Shown one piece after another: positions 53,601 to 62,327 of a stretch of 64,000 bases of DNA. The notes below the pieces were generated by a model, which saw only the letters and a list, made by a program, of their open reading frames with translations, was not told where the DNA came from and did no database searches. The position numbers and the translations under genes are program-made. Each line of letters opens with the position of its first letter. Positions within the stretch are counted from its first letter, which is position 1. The stretch covers positions 256,001-320,000 of the forward strand of contig CP181291.1 of assembly GCA_052279835.1 (NCBI GenBank), in the 5' to 3' direction. This DNA comes from Microcoleus sp. Lineage in GTDB: Bacteria; Cyanobacteriota; Cyanobacteriia; Cyanobacteriales; Microcoleaceae.

Positions 53601-53606
53601 TCCTCC
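53601..53606 (-). promoter_or_regulatory. Shine-Dalgarno site for the actin gene
   Basis: GGAGGA, 7 nt upstream of ATG 53593. Confidence 0.8.
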
Positions 53607-53802
53607 CAAAACGAGGTTAAATGTAATAACAAACCATACTTTATCAGCTTTGTTTTTAAAAGCAACTCTTTTAACAAAAATTCACTGACCCCACCTCAGA
53701 TCATGTTGGGTTTTCTTCACTCAACCTACAGTGAGAGCGATTTGCGGGGCAGTCATAAAACTAATTCCTAAACGCGATCGCTTTTAATAATTATTGGTCT
53801 TT

Positions 53803-53843
53803 GCGATCGCTATTACTGTGAGTCTTGATTTTTAGGTGATCGC
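53803..53843 (+). repeat. 41-bp HIP1-bounded direct repeat, copy 3
   Basis: GCGATCGCTATTACTGTGAGTCTTGATTTTTAGGTGATCGC. Confidence 0.9.
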
Positions 53844-53961
53844 TCAAACCCAGTAAATTTATCCTAGTTTGATTATTTATCAACATTCTAATCACTATCT
53901 TGCTCTATTCGTCTATATCATACCACAGCGAGGTTTTAATGTTAAAGATGCGCGGGTATTC

Positions 53962-54021
53962 TTTAACTCCAATGGCGATCGCATCTATTTAACAGCTAGC
54001 AGCGATCGCGGCACGAATATT
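53962..54021 (+). pseudogene. 60-bp remnant homologous to the cytochrome c gene (59713-59772)
   Basis: FNSNGDRIYLTASSDRGTNI versus FNSNGERIYLTSTSDRGTNI. Confidence 0.8.
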
Positions 54022-54609
54022 CAAGGACTTTTGCAGGCGAAGGCAATACTTGAAAGTAATCAGTAAAGATTGCTGGTGATGGAGCAATTTATGGAACGAG
54101 GGACGATGTTCCGCTACTACTCCTTGCCGATCGCGCTGCCATCTTTCATGGACACAGTTTGACACACCTGCTATTTTTCAAAGCCAAGATTTAGAAAGCA
54201 ATGCCTGATATCTAGCTACCTAGAATCAAAATCTCATCCTTCAGAGAGGTAGCAAGCTGCTAGTTTACTGCCAGCATTAGGGTGAGGTGGAGTGGATTGA
54301 AGCAAATCTCAAAGCGGCTTTAGCAAAGGTTCAAACTGAGCAGGAAGTTCAGGTAGGATAGCCTCACTTTTTTTGCGACGATGCTCCGCGCCGCCTTCTT
54401 ACGATCGCGTAACCGCCCGATGGGTGCGATCATCCCCTACTTAGTTGCAATAGTTGCAGATTACTTTAAGTGAGATTAACCTGAAGGCTCGAAACAATCA
54501 ACTTTAAACGCATTCTGGTTGCCATTAATCATTCTCCTTTTAACATCCATCGTGTTTGATTTGGCACTCAATTTAACGCAGCAAGAGCAAGCTAAATTGA
54601 TGATCCTTC

Positions 54610-54736
54610 ATTGCCTCGTAGACTTTTTTAGGGTTATGCCTAAAAAGATTTAGTAGAGGCGCTTTGATTTCGCCCTTGAAAGTTAGCATTTGGGTTCTTC
54701 AAGAATCCCCTTCCCTTGAGGGCTGGGGAGTATCAA
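54610..54736 (+). mobile_element. Orphan IS200/IS605 right end (possible omegaRNA remnant)
   Basis: GAATCCCCTTCCCTTGAGGGCTGGGGAGTATCAA shows the GAAT-hairpin-TCAA architecture with no tnpB ORF; 5' limit approximate. Confidence 0.6.
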
Positions 54737-54781
54737 TCGATCTAAATATTAAGCCAATCACAATCACAAAAGGAAACGACC

Positions 54782-55147
54782 ATGCAAATCCAAATCCATA
54801 CCGGCCATAACATCGAAGGTCACGAAGCACTAGCTACTCAGGTTAGTGGTGTAGTGGAAGAGAGTCTAAGCCGATTCAGCGATCGCATCACTAACGTTGA
54901 TGTTCACCTGAGCGATGAGAACAGCGACAAAAAGGGCGGCGATCACGATATGCGCTGCATGATCGAAGCCCGTCTCAAAGGCATCGAGCCCATCGCGGTA
55001 ACAGATCAGGCAGCGACCTTAGACCAAGCCGTTGACGGGGCGGCTGAGAAATTAACCCACTTGATCGAACACACGCTGGGGCGACGGTCACATCAAGAAA
55101 ATCACAGAACTGACCCACCTCTGTCTAGCTCAATTAATAGTCAATAA
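54782..55147 (+). CDS. HPF/RaiA family ribosome-associated protein
   Basis: MQIQI, RFSDRIT.V.VHLSDEN, DMRC.IEARL and AVDGA motifs. Confidence 0.85.
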   Translation: MQIQIHTGHNIEGHEALATQVSGVVEESLSRFSDRITNVDVHLSDENSDKKGGDHDMRCMIEARLKGIEPIAVTDQAATLDQAVDGAAEKLTHLIEHTLGRRSHQENHRTDPPLSSSINSQ

Positions 55148-55329
55148 ATTTTCCCAGGAGTCAGAGATAAATGCACAAGACCTACAGAAGTTTGCAATCA
55201 AAGTTTGATTATTTCTGTCTGTGGCACGATTGATAACAATTTGCTGTAAATACCGAATCTTTACTCCTTACTAGCCATTGATTAAAACCTGATACAAGCT
55301 TGACCAAAACATTTACTCAGAGGTACATC

Positions 55330-56469
55330 ATGAACTTATTCACTGTTGATGAATTAACCACTTTAACCACAGCGTCAAACTCGACCTGTATCTCGATCTA
55401 TGCGCCAATGGAGCGGTTAGGAATCGAAACCAAGCAAAATCCGATTCGGTTAAAGAATTTGGTTCGACAAGCGGTCGAACAATTGCTGGCGTTAGGACTA
55501 AGTGAACAGGATGCCGAAGAGTTGCTGCAACCCATTCATGAGCTAGATACCTATGACTTCTGGCAACATCAAAGCGATGGACTGGCAATTTTTCTAGCTC
55601 CCAATCAGTTCCGCTACTACTGTTTACCGATCGCTTTCCCTGAATTAACGGTAGTTGGAGATCGCTTCCACCTCAAACCACTATTGCAACTAATGTCAGG
55701 GGATGGAACGTTTTCTGTTCTAGCCTTGAGCCAAAACCAAGTGCGGTTATTTCAAGGAACTCGTTATCACTTAGATGAAGTTGCATTAACAGATTTACCA
55801 ACCAACATTGCAGCGGCCTTGCAATATGATGATTCCGAAAAAAGGCTCCAAGTACATACAGGCTCATCAAACGGCAATAGTGCGGTTTTTCATGGACAAG
55901 GAGCCGGAAACGAAGATCACAAAAATGATTTATTGAGTTACTTTCGCCAAGTTAACAACGGTTTAGAATCTTTCTTCAAAAACCAGCAAACACCGCTAAT
56001 TTTGGCAGGAGTTGATTATCTATTGCCGATTTACCACGAGGCAAATACTTATGCCCACTTGCTACCCGATGGTATCACTGGTAATCCAGAAACTTTGAGT
56101 TTGGAAGAACTGCATACCCAAGCTTGGCAGATTGCACAGCCATATTTTGATCTTGCCAAAGTATCAACAATCTCCCATTACGAGGAACTACAGGGTAGCG
56201 AAAAAACGGCTAATACTATCGAAAAAGTCGTAACTGCCGCTTACTTCCAGCGTGTTGAAACCTTGTTTGTGCCTATTGATAAAAACGTTTGGGGAGTATT
56301 CAATCCAGAGAAAAATTCCGTTCAGATTCATGCTCAACAGGAAGTTGGGGACGAAGATTTGCTCGATTTAGCGGCACTACATACGCTGACGAATGGGGGA
56401 ACGGTTTACGCCGTAGAACAGGGAGATGTTCCTGAACATAAAGCGATCGCTGCTATCCTACGCTATTGA
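55330..56469 (+). CDS. Bacterial archaeo-eukaryotic release factor (baeRF3/7-like) protein
   Basis: CISIY.P, GLAIF, FHLKPL, PLILAG, RVETL, GGTVY and AAILRY motifs; start at ATG 55330. Confidence 0.8.
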   Translation: MNLFTVDELTTLTTASNSTCISIYAPMERLGIETKQNPIRLKNLVRQAVEQLLALGLSEQDAEELLQPIHELDTYDFWQHQSDGLAIFLAPNQFRYYCLPIAFPELTVVGDRFHLKPLLQLMSGDGTFSVLALSQNQVRLFQGTRYHLDEVALTDLPTNIAAALQYDDSEKRLQVHTGSSNGNSAVFHGQGAGNEDHKNDLLSYFRQVNNGLESFFKNQQTPLILAGVDYLLPIYHEANTYAHLLPDGITGNPETLSLEELHTQAWQIAQPYFDLAKVSTISHYEELQGSEKTANTIEKVVTAAYFQRVETLFVPIDKNVWGVFNPEKNSVQIHAQQEVGDEDLLDLAALHTLTNGGTVYAVEQGDVPEHKAIAAILRY

Positions 56470-56594
56470 AAGCCACTTCTCTGACCGAATTTTAAATTTT
56501 GGATTGCGGAATGACCTCATTGTGAAACTTCAGATTGTGTCTCGCAAAAACCAAAAACATTAATCAATTAAATCTTTATTCTGGAGAATTGCCC

Positions 56595-56918
56595 ATGTCA
56601 CCCTCATCCCCACCCATCGAACCGGCTGTACTGGTTGTCATCATTGGTGAAACCGTCTTGCAAGGTCGTATTATCAATCTGCTGCAAGACTTACACGTAA
56701 CTGGCTATACTCTCTCCCAAGCCCAGGGCGCAGGTCGCCACGGCAGCCGCCGGGGAGATATGGTCGGCTATAACACTAATTTTGAGATCAAAACCGTTGT
56801 GTCCCTAGAAGTATCGGAGGCGATCTTCTCAGGTCTGGTCGAGTATCAATCCGATCATGCCTTAATCGCTTTCCGACAAAATGTCGAAGCGTTGACTGGA
56901 TTTAAAATAAGCACATAG
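56595..56918 (+). CDS. P-II-like (SbtB/GlnB superfamily) protein
   Basis: VTGYT...GAGRHG.R and N.EIKTVV motifs; GGAG RBS. Confidence 0.75.
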   Translation: MSPSSPPIEPAVLVVIIGETVLQGRIINLLQDLHVTGYTLSQAQGAGRHGSRRGDMVGYNTNFEIKTVVSLEVSEAIFSGLVEYQSDHALIAFRQNVEALTGFKIST

Positions 56919-56999
56919 TGATGAACCAAGTATAGAGAAATGGCAAACCGTTACCAAAATATTCCAAACCTTTAATGAATTAATTTAAGGCGTGATCTC

Positions 57000-59486
57000 A
57001 TGACTATATCTACCGATCAAGAAAAGCTTTCCCATCTATCCTTAGAAGCACTACAAAAGCAACTGACTACTTCCAATCAGGGATTGAGCAAAAAAGAGGC
57101 ACTTCAACGGCAATCAAAAGGTGGCTATAACGAGTTACCCGAAACAACCGTCAACCCAATAATGCAATTCCTATCGCACTTTTGGGGGCCGATCGCCTGG
57201 ATGATTGAGGCGGCAGTAATTCTTTCGGCAATAGTTGGAGACTGGGTTAATTTTGGCATCATTTTGGTACTCCTCATTGGTAACGGAGTAGTAGGGTTTT
57301 GGGAAGAATTTCAAGCCGGAAATGCGATCGCAGCTCTCAAGGCAAAATTGGCACTCCAGGCACGGGTGAAACGAGACAACACCTGGACGCAGATACCCGC
57401 CCGCGAACTGGTTCCTGGCGACCTGATCCGGTTGCGTCTGGGCGATATTGTCCCAGCAGATGTACGGTTTTTGTCAGGTGATCCGGCACAGGTTGACCAA
57501 TCGGCTTTGACGGGGGAATCACTACCCGTAGAATGCAAAGTGGGAAGTGTATTGTACTCCAGTTCCATCCTCAAACAAGGAGAATTGGATGGCATTGTCT
57601 ATGCCACTGGAATTAATACTTACATGGGCAAAACCGCCAGTTTGGTGCAGTCTGCCCCTACCGCTAGTCATTTTCAAAAAGCCGTGCTAAAAATAGGCGA
57701 TTACCTAATTATAATTGCCCTGGTATTAGTTGTATTGGTGCTAGTAGTAACGCTGTTTCGTGGCGATCCTTGGCTGACTACTTTGCGGTTTTTATTGGTA
57801 TTAACAGTAGCATCAATTCCCGTCGCCATGCCAACGGTTTTATCCGTAACGATGGCAGTAGGAGCGCAAAAACTAGCGAAAAAGGAAGCGATCGTCAGTC
57901 GGCTGGCGGCTATTGAAGAGATGGCTGGCATTGACATTCTTTGTTCTGACAAAACAGGTACTTTAACTCTCAACCAGTTAACTCTGGGAGAGCCTTTTTG
58001 TGTGGGTAATACGGCTCCAGAATCGCTGATTCTCAACGCCGCCCTGGCTTCTCGTGATGAAGATAAAGACCCGATCGATCTGGCAATTCTCGCTGGTTTG
58101 AAGCCAAATCAACCTCTAGATGCTTACAAAATTGTCCACTTCCAGCCCTTTGATCCTGTGGGTAAACGTACCGAAGCCACTGTTGAAAGTGATGGTAATA
58201 ACTTTAAGGTAACAAAAGGTGCGCCCCAAGTGATTTTGGCGCTCTCAAAAAATGTCGCTCAGGTGCAGCCGCAAGTGGATAAAGCGATCGCAGGTTTTGC
58301 CAAACGCGGATTTAGATCCCTGGGGGTATCCCGGACTGACGAGGCTGGAAACTGGCAATTTTTGGGCGTACTACCGCTATTTGATCCACCCCGCAGCGAC
58401 TCCCAACTGATGATTCAGGCAGTGAAAAAGATGGGAATTGACTTGAAAATGTTAACGGGAGATCAACAGGCGATCGCGCGTGAAACTTCTCATCAACTAG
58501 GGCTAAAGGGAGACATCCTCGATGCCAGTTTGCTAGAAGCAGCCGCACCTCACGAAACTGGACAACTTGGTGATGCGATCGAATCTGCGGCTGGATTTGC
58601 TCAAGTTTTCCCAGAACACAAATATCATATTGTGGATGTCTTGCAGCAACGAGGGCATCTCGTAGGCATGGCTGGCGATGGCGTTAATGATGCCCCTGCC
58701 CTCAAAAAAGCTAATGCCGGAATTGCCGTTTCTGGAGCTACCGATGCCGCTCGCGCCGCCGCCGATATTGTTTTGCTCACACCTGGACTTTCTGTAATAG
58801 TAGAGGCGATTCAAGAAAGCCGCCGGATATTTCAACGGATGAACAACTACGCGATTTACCGGATTACCGAAACCATCCGGGTTTTGTTGTTCATGACCCT
58901 TTCTATTCTGGTCTACAACTTCTATCCTGTCACCGCCATCATGATTGTGCTACTGGCATTGTTGAATGATGGTGCGATTATTTCCATTGCCTACGATAAC
59001 ACCCGTCCCGCCAATCGCCCAGAAACCTGGAATATGCCCATCGTCTTGGGGTTATCAACCATTCTGGGGCTAACTGGATTAGCCAGTTCTTTTGGGATGT
59101 TGTATTTGGGAGAACGGTATTTCAACCTCGATCGCGACACATTGCAAACGCTAATTTACCTGAAGCTCTCCATCGCCGGACATTTAACTATCTTCGTAAC
59201 GCGCACCAAGGGGCCCTTTTGGTCGATTAAACCAGCCAAAATTTTGCTAGCAGCCGTCGTGGGAACTCAAATACTCGCAACTCTAATTGCCGTGTATGGC
59301 ATCTTTATGACCCCTCTCGGATGGGGTTTGGCTGGCTTTGTTTGGATTTATGCGTTGATCTGGTTTTTGATTACAGACTGGGTAAAACAACGTGCTTACG
59401 GCGTGTTTAATCACGATCGGCCTGTCTATATAACACGGGGTTTAAAAAAGTTGAATCAATGGGTTTTTCATAAGCCTGTTAACTAA
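57000..59486 (+). CDS. Plasma-membrane-type proton P-type ATPase (P3A)
   Basis: FWGPIAWMIE, TGES, IPVAMPTV, CSDKTGTLT, KGAPQ, GDGVNDAP and LLNDG motifs. Confidence 0.92.
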   Translation: MTISTDQEKLSHLSLEALQKQLTTSNQGLSKKEALQRQSKGGYNELPETTVNPIMQFLSHFWGPIAWMIEAAVILSAIVGDWVNFGIILVLLIGNGVVGFWEEFQAGNAIAALKAKLALQARVKRDNTWTQIPARELVPGDLIRLRLGDIVPADVRFLSGDPAQVDQSALTGESLPVECKVGSVLYSSSILKQGELDGIVYATGINTYMGKTASLVQSAPTASHFQKAVLKIGDYLIIIALVLVVLVLVVTLFRGDPWLTTLRFLLVLTVASIPVAMPTVLSVTMAVGAQKLAKKEAIVSRLAAIEEMAGIDILCSDKTGTLTLNQLTLGEPFCVGNTAPESLILNAALASRDEDKDPIDLAILAGLKPNQPLDAYKIVHFQPFDPVGKRTEATVESDGNNFKVTKGAPQVILALSKNVAQVQPQVDKAIAGFAKRGFRSLGVSRTDEAGNWQFLGVLPLFDPPRSDSQLMIQAVKKMGIDLKMLTGDQQAIARETSHQLGLKGDILDASLLEAAAPHETGQLGDAIESAAGFAQVFPEHKYHIVDVLQQRGHLVGMAGDGVNDAPALKKANAGIAVSGATDAARAAADIVLLTPGLSVIVEAIQESRRIFQRMNNYAIYRITETIRVLLFMTLSILVYNFYPVTAIMIVLLALLNDGAIISIAYDNTRPANRPETWNMPIVLGLSTILGLTGLASSFGMLYLGERYFNLDRDTLQTLIYLKLSIAGHLTIFVTRTKGPFWSIKPAKILLAAVVGTQILATLIAVYGIFMTPLGWGLAGFVWIYALIWFLITDWVKQRAYGVFNHDRPVYITRGLKKLNQWVFHKPVN

Positions 59487-59535
59487 GTAATCAAAGCAAA
59501 AATTTCTAGCAATCGCCATCAAAGGAGAACGAACC

Positions 59536-60129
59536 ATGAACCGGGAAATCAAAATTATTGTTAACAGCTTGTTGGTTTTCATGTTTACTCTACTACTTGT
59601 CACCTGTGGATTGCGCCCACAATCAGTAGTGCCGAGTCCAACCGCCCAAGCAGTAAACACCTCGCGCCCACCGTCGGTAGTGCCGAGTCCAACCGCCCAA
59701 GCAACAAGAACATTTAACTCCAACGGCGAACGCATTTATTTGACTTCTACAAGCGATCGCGGCACGAACATTACTTATACTGGCGGGCTGTCATCCGGTG
59801 GGATGATGGGTGGTGGATCATCCGGTGGGATGATGGGTGGTGGATCATCCGGTGGGATGATGGGTAATAGCAACCTGACCTGTGCTTCCTGTCATGGTTT
59901 CAATGGTCGTGGCGGTACAAGCACCATGATGGGAATGCAAACAATGAATGCACCCGACATTCGCTGGTCAGCTTTAAAAAATGAATTTGATGCCGAAAAA
60001 TTCCGATTAGCAGTTACGAAAGGTCAAGACCCCGACGGTAAGAAGCAGTTGAATAATTATATGCCGCGCTGGAACATCGGGAATGAAGACTTAGCTGATT
60101 TGATAACTTATCTCAAAACATTACCTTGA
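59536..60129 (+). CDS. Exported monoheme cytochrome c with Pro-rich and Met/Gly-rich repeats
   Basis: Hydrophobic leader, CASCH heme motif, YMPRW candidate axial Met, and ..LITYLKTL end. Confidence 0.82.
   Translation: MNREIKIIVNSLLVFMFTLLLVTCGLRPQSVVPSPTAQAVNTSRPPSVVPSPTAQATRTFNSNGERIYLTSTSDRGTNITYTGGLSSGGMMGGGSSGGMMGGGSSGGMMGNSNLTCASCHGFNGRGGTSTMMGMQTMNAPDIRWSALKNEFDAEKFRLAVTKGQDPDGKKQLNNYMPRWNIGNEDLADLITYLKTLP
59791..59865 (+). repeat. 27-bp tandem repeat, ~2.8 copies (SSGGMMGGG)
   Basis: TCATCCGGTGGGATGATGGGTGGTGGA. Confidence 0.9.
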
Positions 60130-60197
60130 GATGGGGTAAGTCAGCCGATAGAACAATTCGCTTCATTAATTCAATCTTTATATTCTGGAGAAAAACC

Positions 60198-62264
60198 ATG
60201 TTAGATATTAATGAAACAGGAAAAAGAAATCTACCTAACCCCGATACACAAAGTAAAAAGCACAGTCATAAGCAACACGCAGGACACGATAAACACGCAG
60301 GACACAGCCCCGCTATGTTCAAACGACGTTTCTTTATTTGCCTAGCACTCACGCTACCCGTCCTCTATTTCGCGCCATCATTTCAGGAGTGGTTTAATTA
60401 TCAAGCGATCGAGTTTACTGGTTCAAACTGGGTCACGCCCATTCTTTCCACCGTTATTTATTTCTATGGCGGCTTGGTTTTTCTGAAGGGAGCTTACCGC
60501 GAAATCCGCAGCAAAATTGGCATGATGACGCTGGTTGCCCTTGCGATCACCGTCGCGTTTGTCTACAGCGTGGCAGTGTCTCTGGGATTAGAAGGAAATT
60601 CCTTTTACTGGGAACTAGCAACCCTAGTCGATATTATGTTGCTCGGTCACTGGATTGAAATGGCTTCGGTGCAAGGAGCCAGTCGCGCTTTAGAACATCT
60701 CGCCAACCTAGTGCCGTCCGTCGCTCACAAAAAGATCAATGGGCATGGCAATGGACAGATCAAAGATGTACCTGTGAGTGAATTAGTGGAAGCAGATCAG
60801 ATTCTCATTCGTCCAGGTGAACAAATCCCCATTGATGGTGAAGTTATAGACGGGAAATCTAGCGTCAACGAAGCTTTTTTAACGGGAGAATCGCGCCCAG
60901 TGGTCAAAAAAACCAGTGATGAAGTTGTCGCTGGATCGGTGAATGGAGAAGGCGCTTTAACCATCAAAGTCACTCGCACTGGAGATGAAACAACTCTAAG
61001 CCAGATTATGCGACTGGTTAAGGAAGCACAGGCATCTAAAAGTCAATATCAAAATCAAGCCGATCGACTGGCTGGTTGGCTAACTTATACCGCGATCGCC
61101 GTTTCTACGCTGACGTTCATTGTTTGGCTATCGGTGGGAAATGGCGGTTTAACTTTTGCCATTAATCGGGCGGTGACGGTGTTAGTAATTACCTGTCCTC
61201 ATGCCTTGGGTTTAGCGATTCCCTTGGTCATTATCAACGCCACGTCAATGGCTGCTAAAAACGGGATTTTGGTACGCAACCGAGATGCGTTTGAACGAGC
61301 GCTAGGCATTAAAACCATCGCTTTTGATAAGACGGGAACTTTGACTAAAGGAGAGTTCGGCGTACAGCGGATTTATGCTGACGGGATTGAAGAGTCATCG
61401 GCCTTAGTGATTGCAGCCTCTTTAGAATCCCTATCAGAACATCCTCTCGGACAGGCGATCGTTCAAGAAGCCCATAACCGTAATAGTCAGCTTGCTCAAG
61501 CGACGGACTTCAAAGCTGTACCGGGTCAAGGTGTTGAAGGTGTAGTTAATAATCAACGCTATCGGGTTGGCAGACCAGAATGGGTTGAGGAGTTGAAATT
61601 GCGGTTTCCTCCAACCTTGGAAAAAAAACTGCAAGAAAGTGAATCGCGGGGGGAAAGTGCGATCGCCCTGATGGACGATCAGAAAGTCCTTGCTGTCTTT
61701 GGATTAGCCGATCAAGTGCGCGAATCTGCACGGGAAGCGGTGAAAAAATTACAGGAAATGGGCGTGCAGGTGGTGATGATTACGGGTGATGCCGAAGCCG
61801 TTGCCAAGACTGTTGCTGAGGATTTGCACATCGATCGCTACTATGCCCGTGTTTTGCCAGAGGATAAAGCTGCGTTGATTCGTAAGCTCAAGGTTGAACA
61901 GCCGACTGCTTTTGTGGGTGATGGCATCAATGATGCCCCGGCTTTAACTGAGGCAGATTTGGGACTGGCGATCGGCGCTGGAACTAATGTGGCGATCGAG
62001 TCGGCTGATTTAGTGTTAGTTAAAAGCGATCCACTGGATGCCACCTATGCGCTGAAACTTGCCAAAGCCACCTACAACAAAATGATTCAAAACTTATTTT
62101 GGGCGACTGGATACAATGTAATTGGCATTCCCTTGGCGGCAGGAATTGCAGCACCGTTCGGCATTGTCTTGTCGCCAGCAGTGGGTGCAGTCCTGATGAG
62201 CATTTCAACCGTTGTTGTTTCAATTAATGCCATGTTGTTACGGCGCGTGCGTTTGCATGATTAG
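60198..62264 (+). CDS. copB: Copper-translocating P1B-3-type ATPase
   Basis: His-rich N-terminus, CPHALG, DKTGTLT, SEHP, GDGIND and YN...MSIST motifs; GGAG RBS before ATG 60198. Confidence 0.88.
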   Translation: MLDINETGKRNLPNPDTQSKKHSHKQHAGHDKHAGHSPAMFKRRFFICLALTLPVLYFAPSFQEWFNYQAIEFTGSNWVTPILSTVIYFYGGLVFLKGAYREIRSKIGMMTLVALAITVAFVYSVAVSLGLEGNSFYWELATLVDIMLLGHWIEMASVQGASRALEHLANLVPSVAHKKINGHGNGQIKDVPVSELVEADQILIRPGEQIPIDGEVIDGKSSVNEAFLTGESRPVVKKTSDEVVAGSVNGEGALTIKVTRTGDETTLSQIMRLVKEAQASKSQYQNQADRLAGWLTYTAIAVSTLTFIVWLSVGNGGLTFAINRAVTVLVITCPHALGLAIPLVIINATSMAAKNGILVRNRDAFERALGIKTIAFDKTGTLTKGEFGVQRIYADGIEESSALVIAASLESLSEHPLGQAIVQEAHNRNSQLAQATDFKAVPGQGVEGVVNNQRYRVGRPEWVEELKLRFPPTLEKKLQESESRGESAIALMDDQKVLAVFGLADQVRESAREAVKKLQEMGVQVVMITGDAEAVAKTVAEDLHIDRYYARVLPEDKAALIRKLKVEQPTAFVGDGINDAPALTEADLGLAIGAGTNVAIESADLVLVKSDPLDATYALKLAKATYNKMIQNLFWATGYNVIGIPLAAGIAAPFGIVLSPAVGAVLMSISTVVVSINAMLLRRVRLHD

Positions 62265-62327
62265 GTGTAGAAGAGATTCTGAATCGCTTACCTAAAATTA
62301 ATATTTGAGAGTTAAATATAGTACAAG

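Noticed and set aside
53594..53677. 28-aa N-terminal extension of actin in the ORF track
   Set aside because: It uses a non-ATG start. The GGAGGA RBS and the acidic actin-like N-terminus point to ATG 53593.
51203..53843. CRISPR array or classical integron attC sites
   Set aside because: The intervals are over 1 kb and gene-containing, and no cas genes, integrase or attC core boxes are evident.
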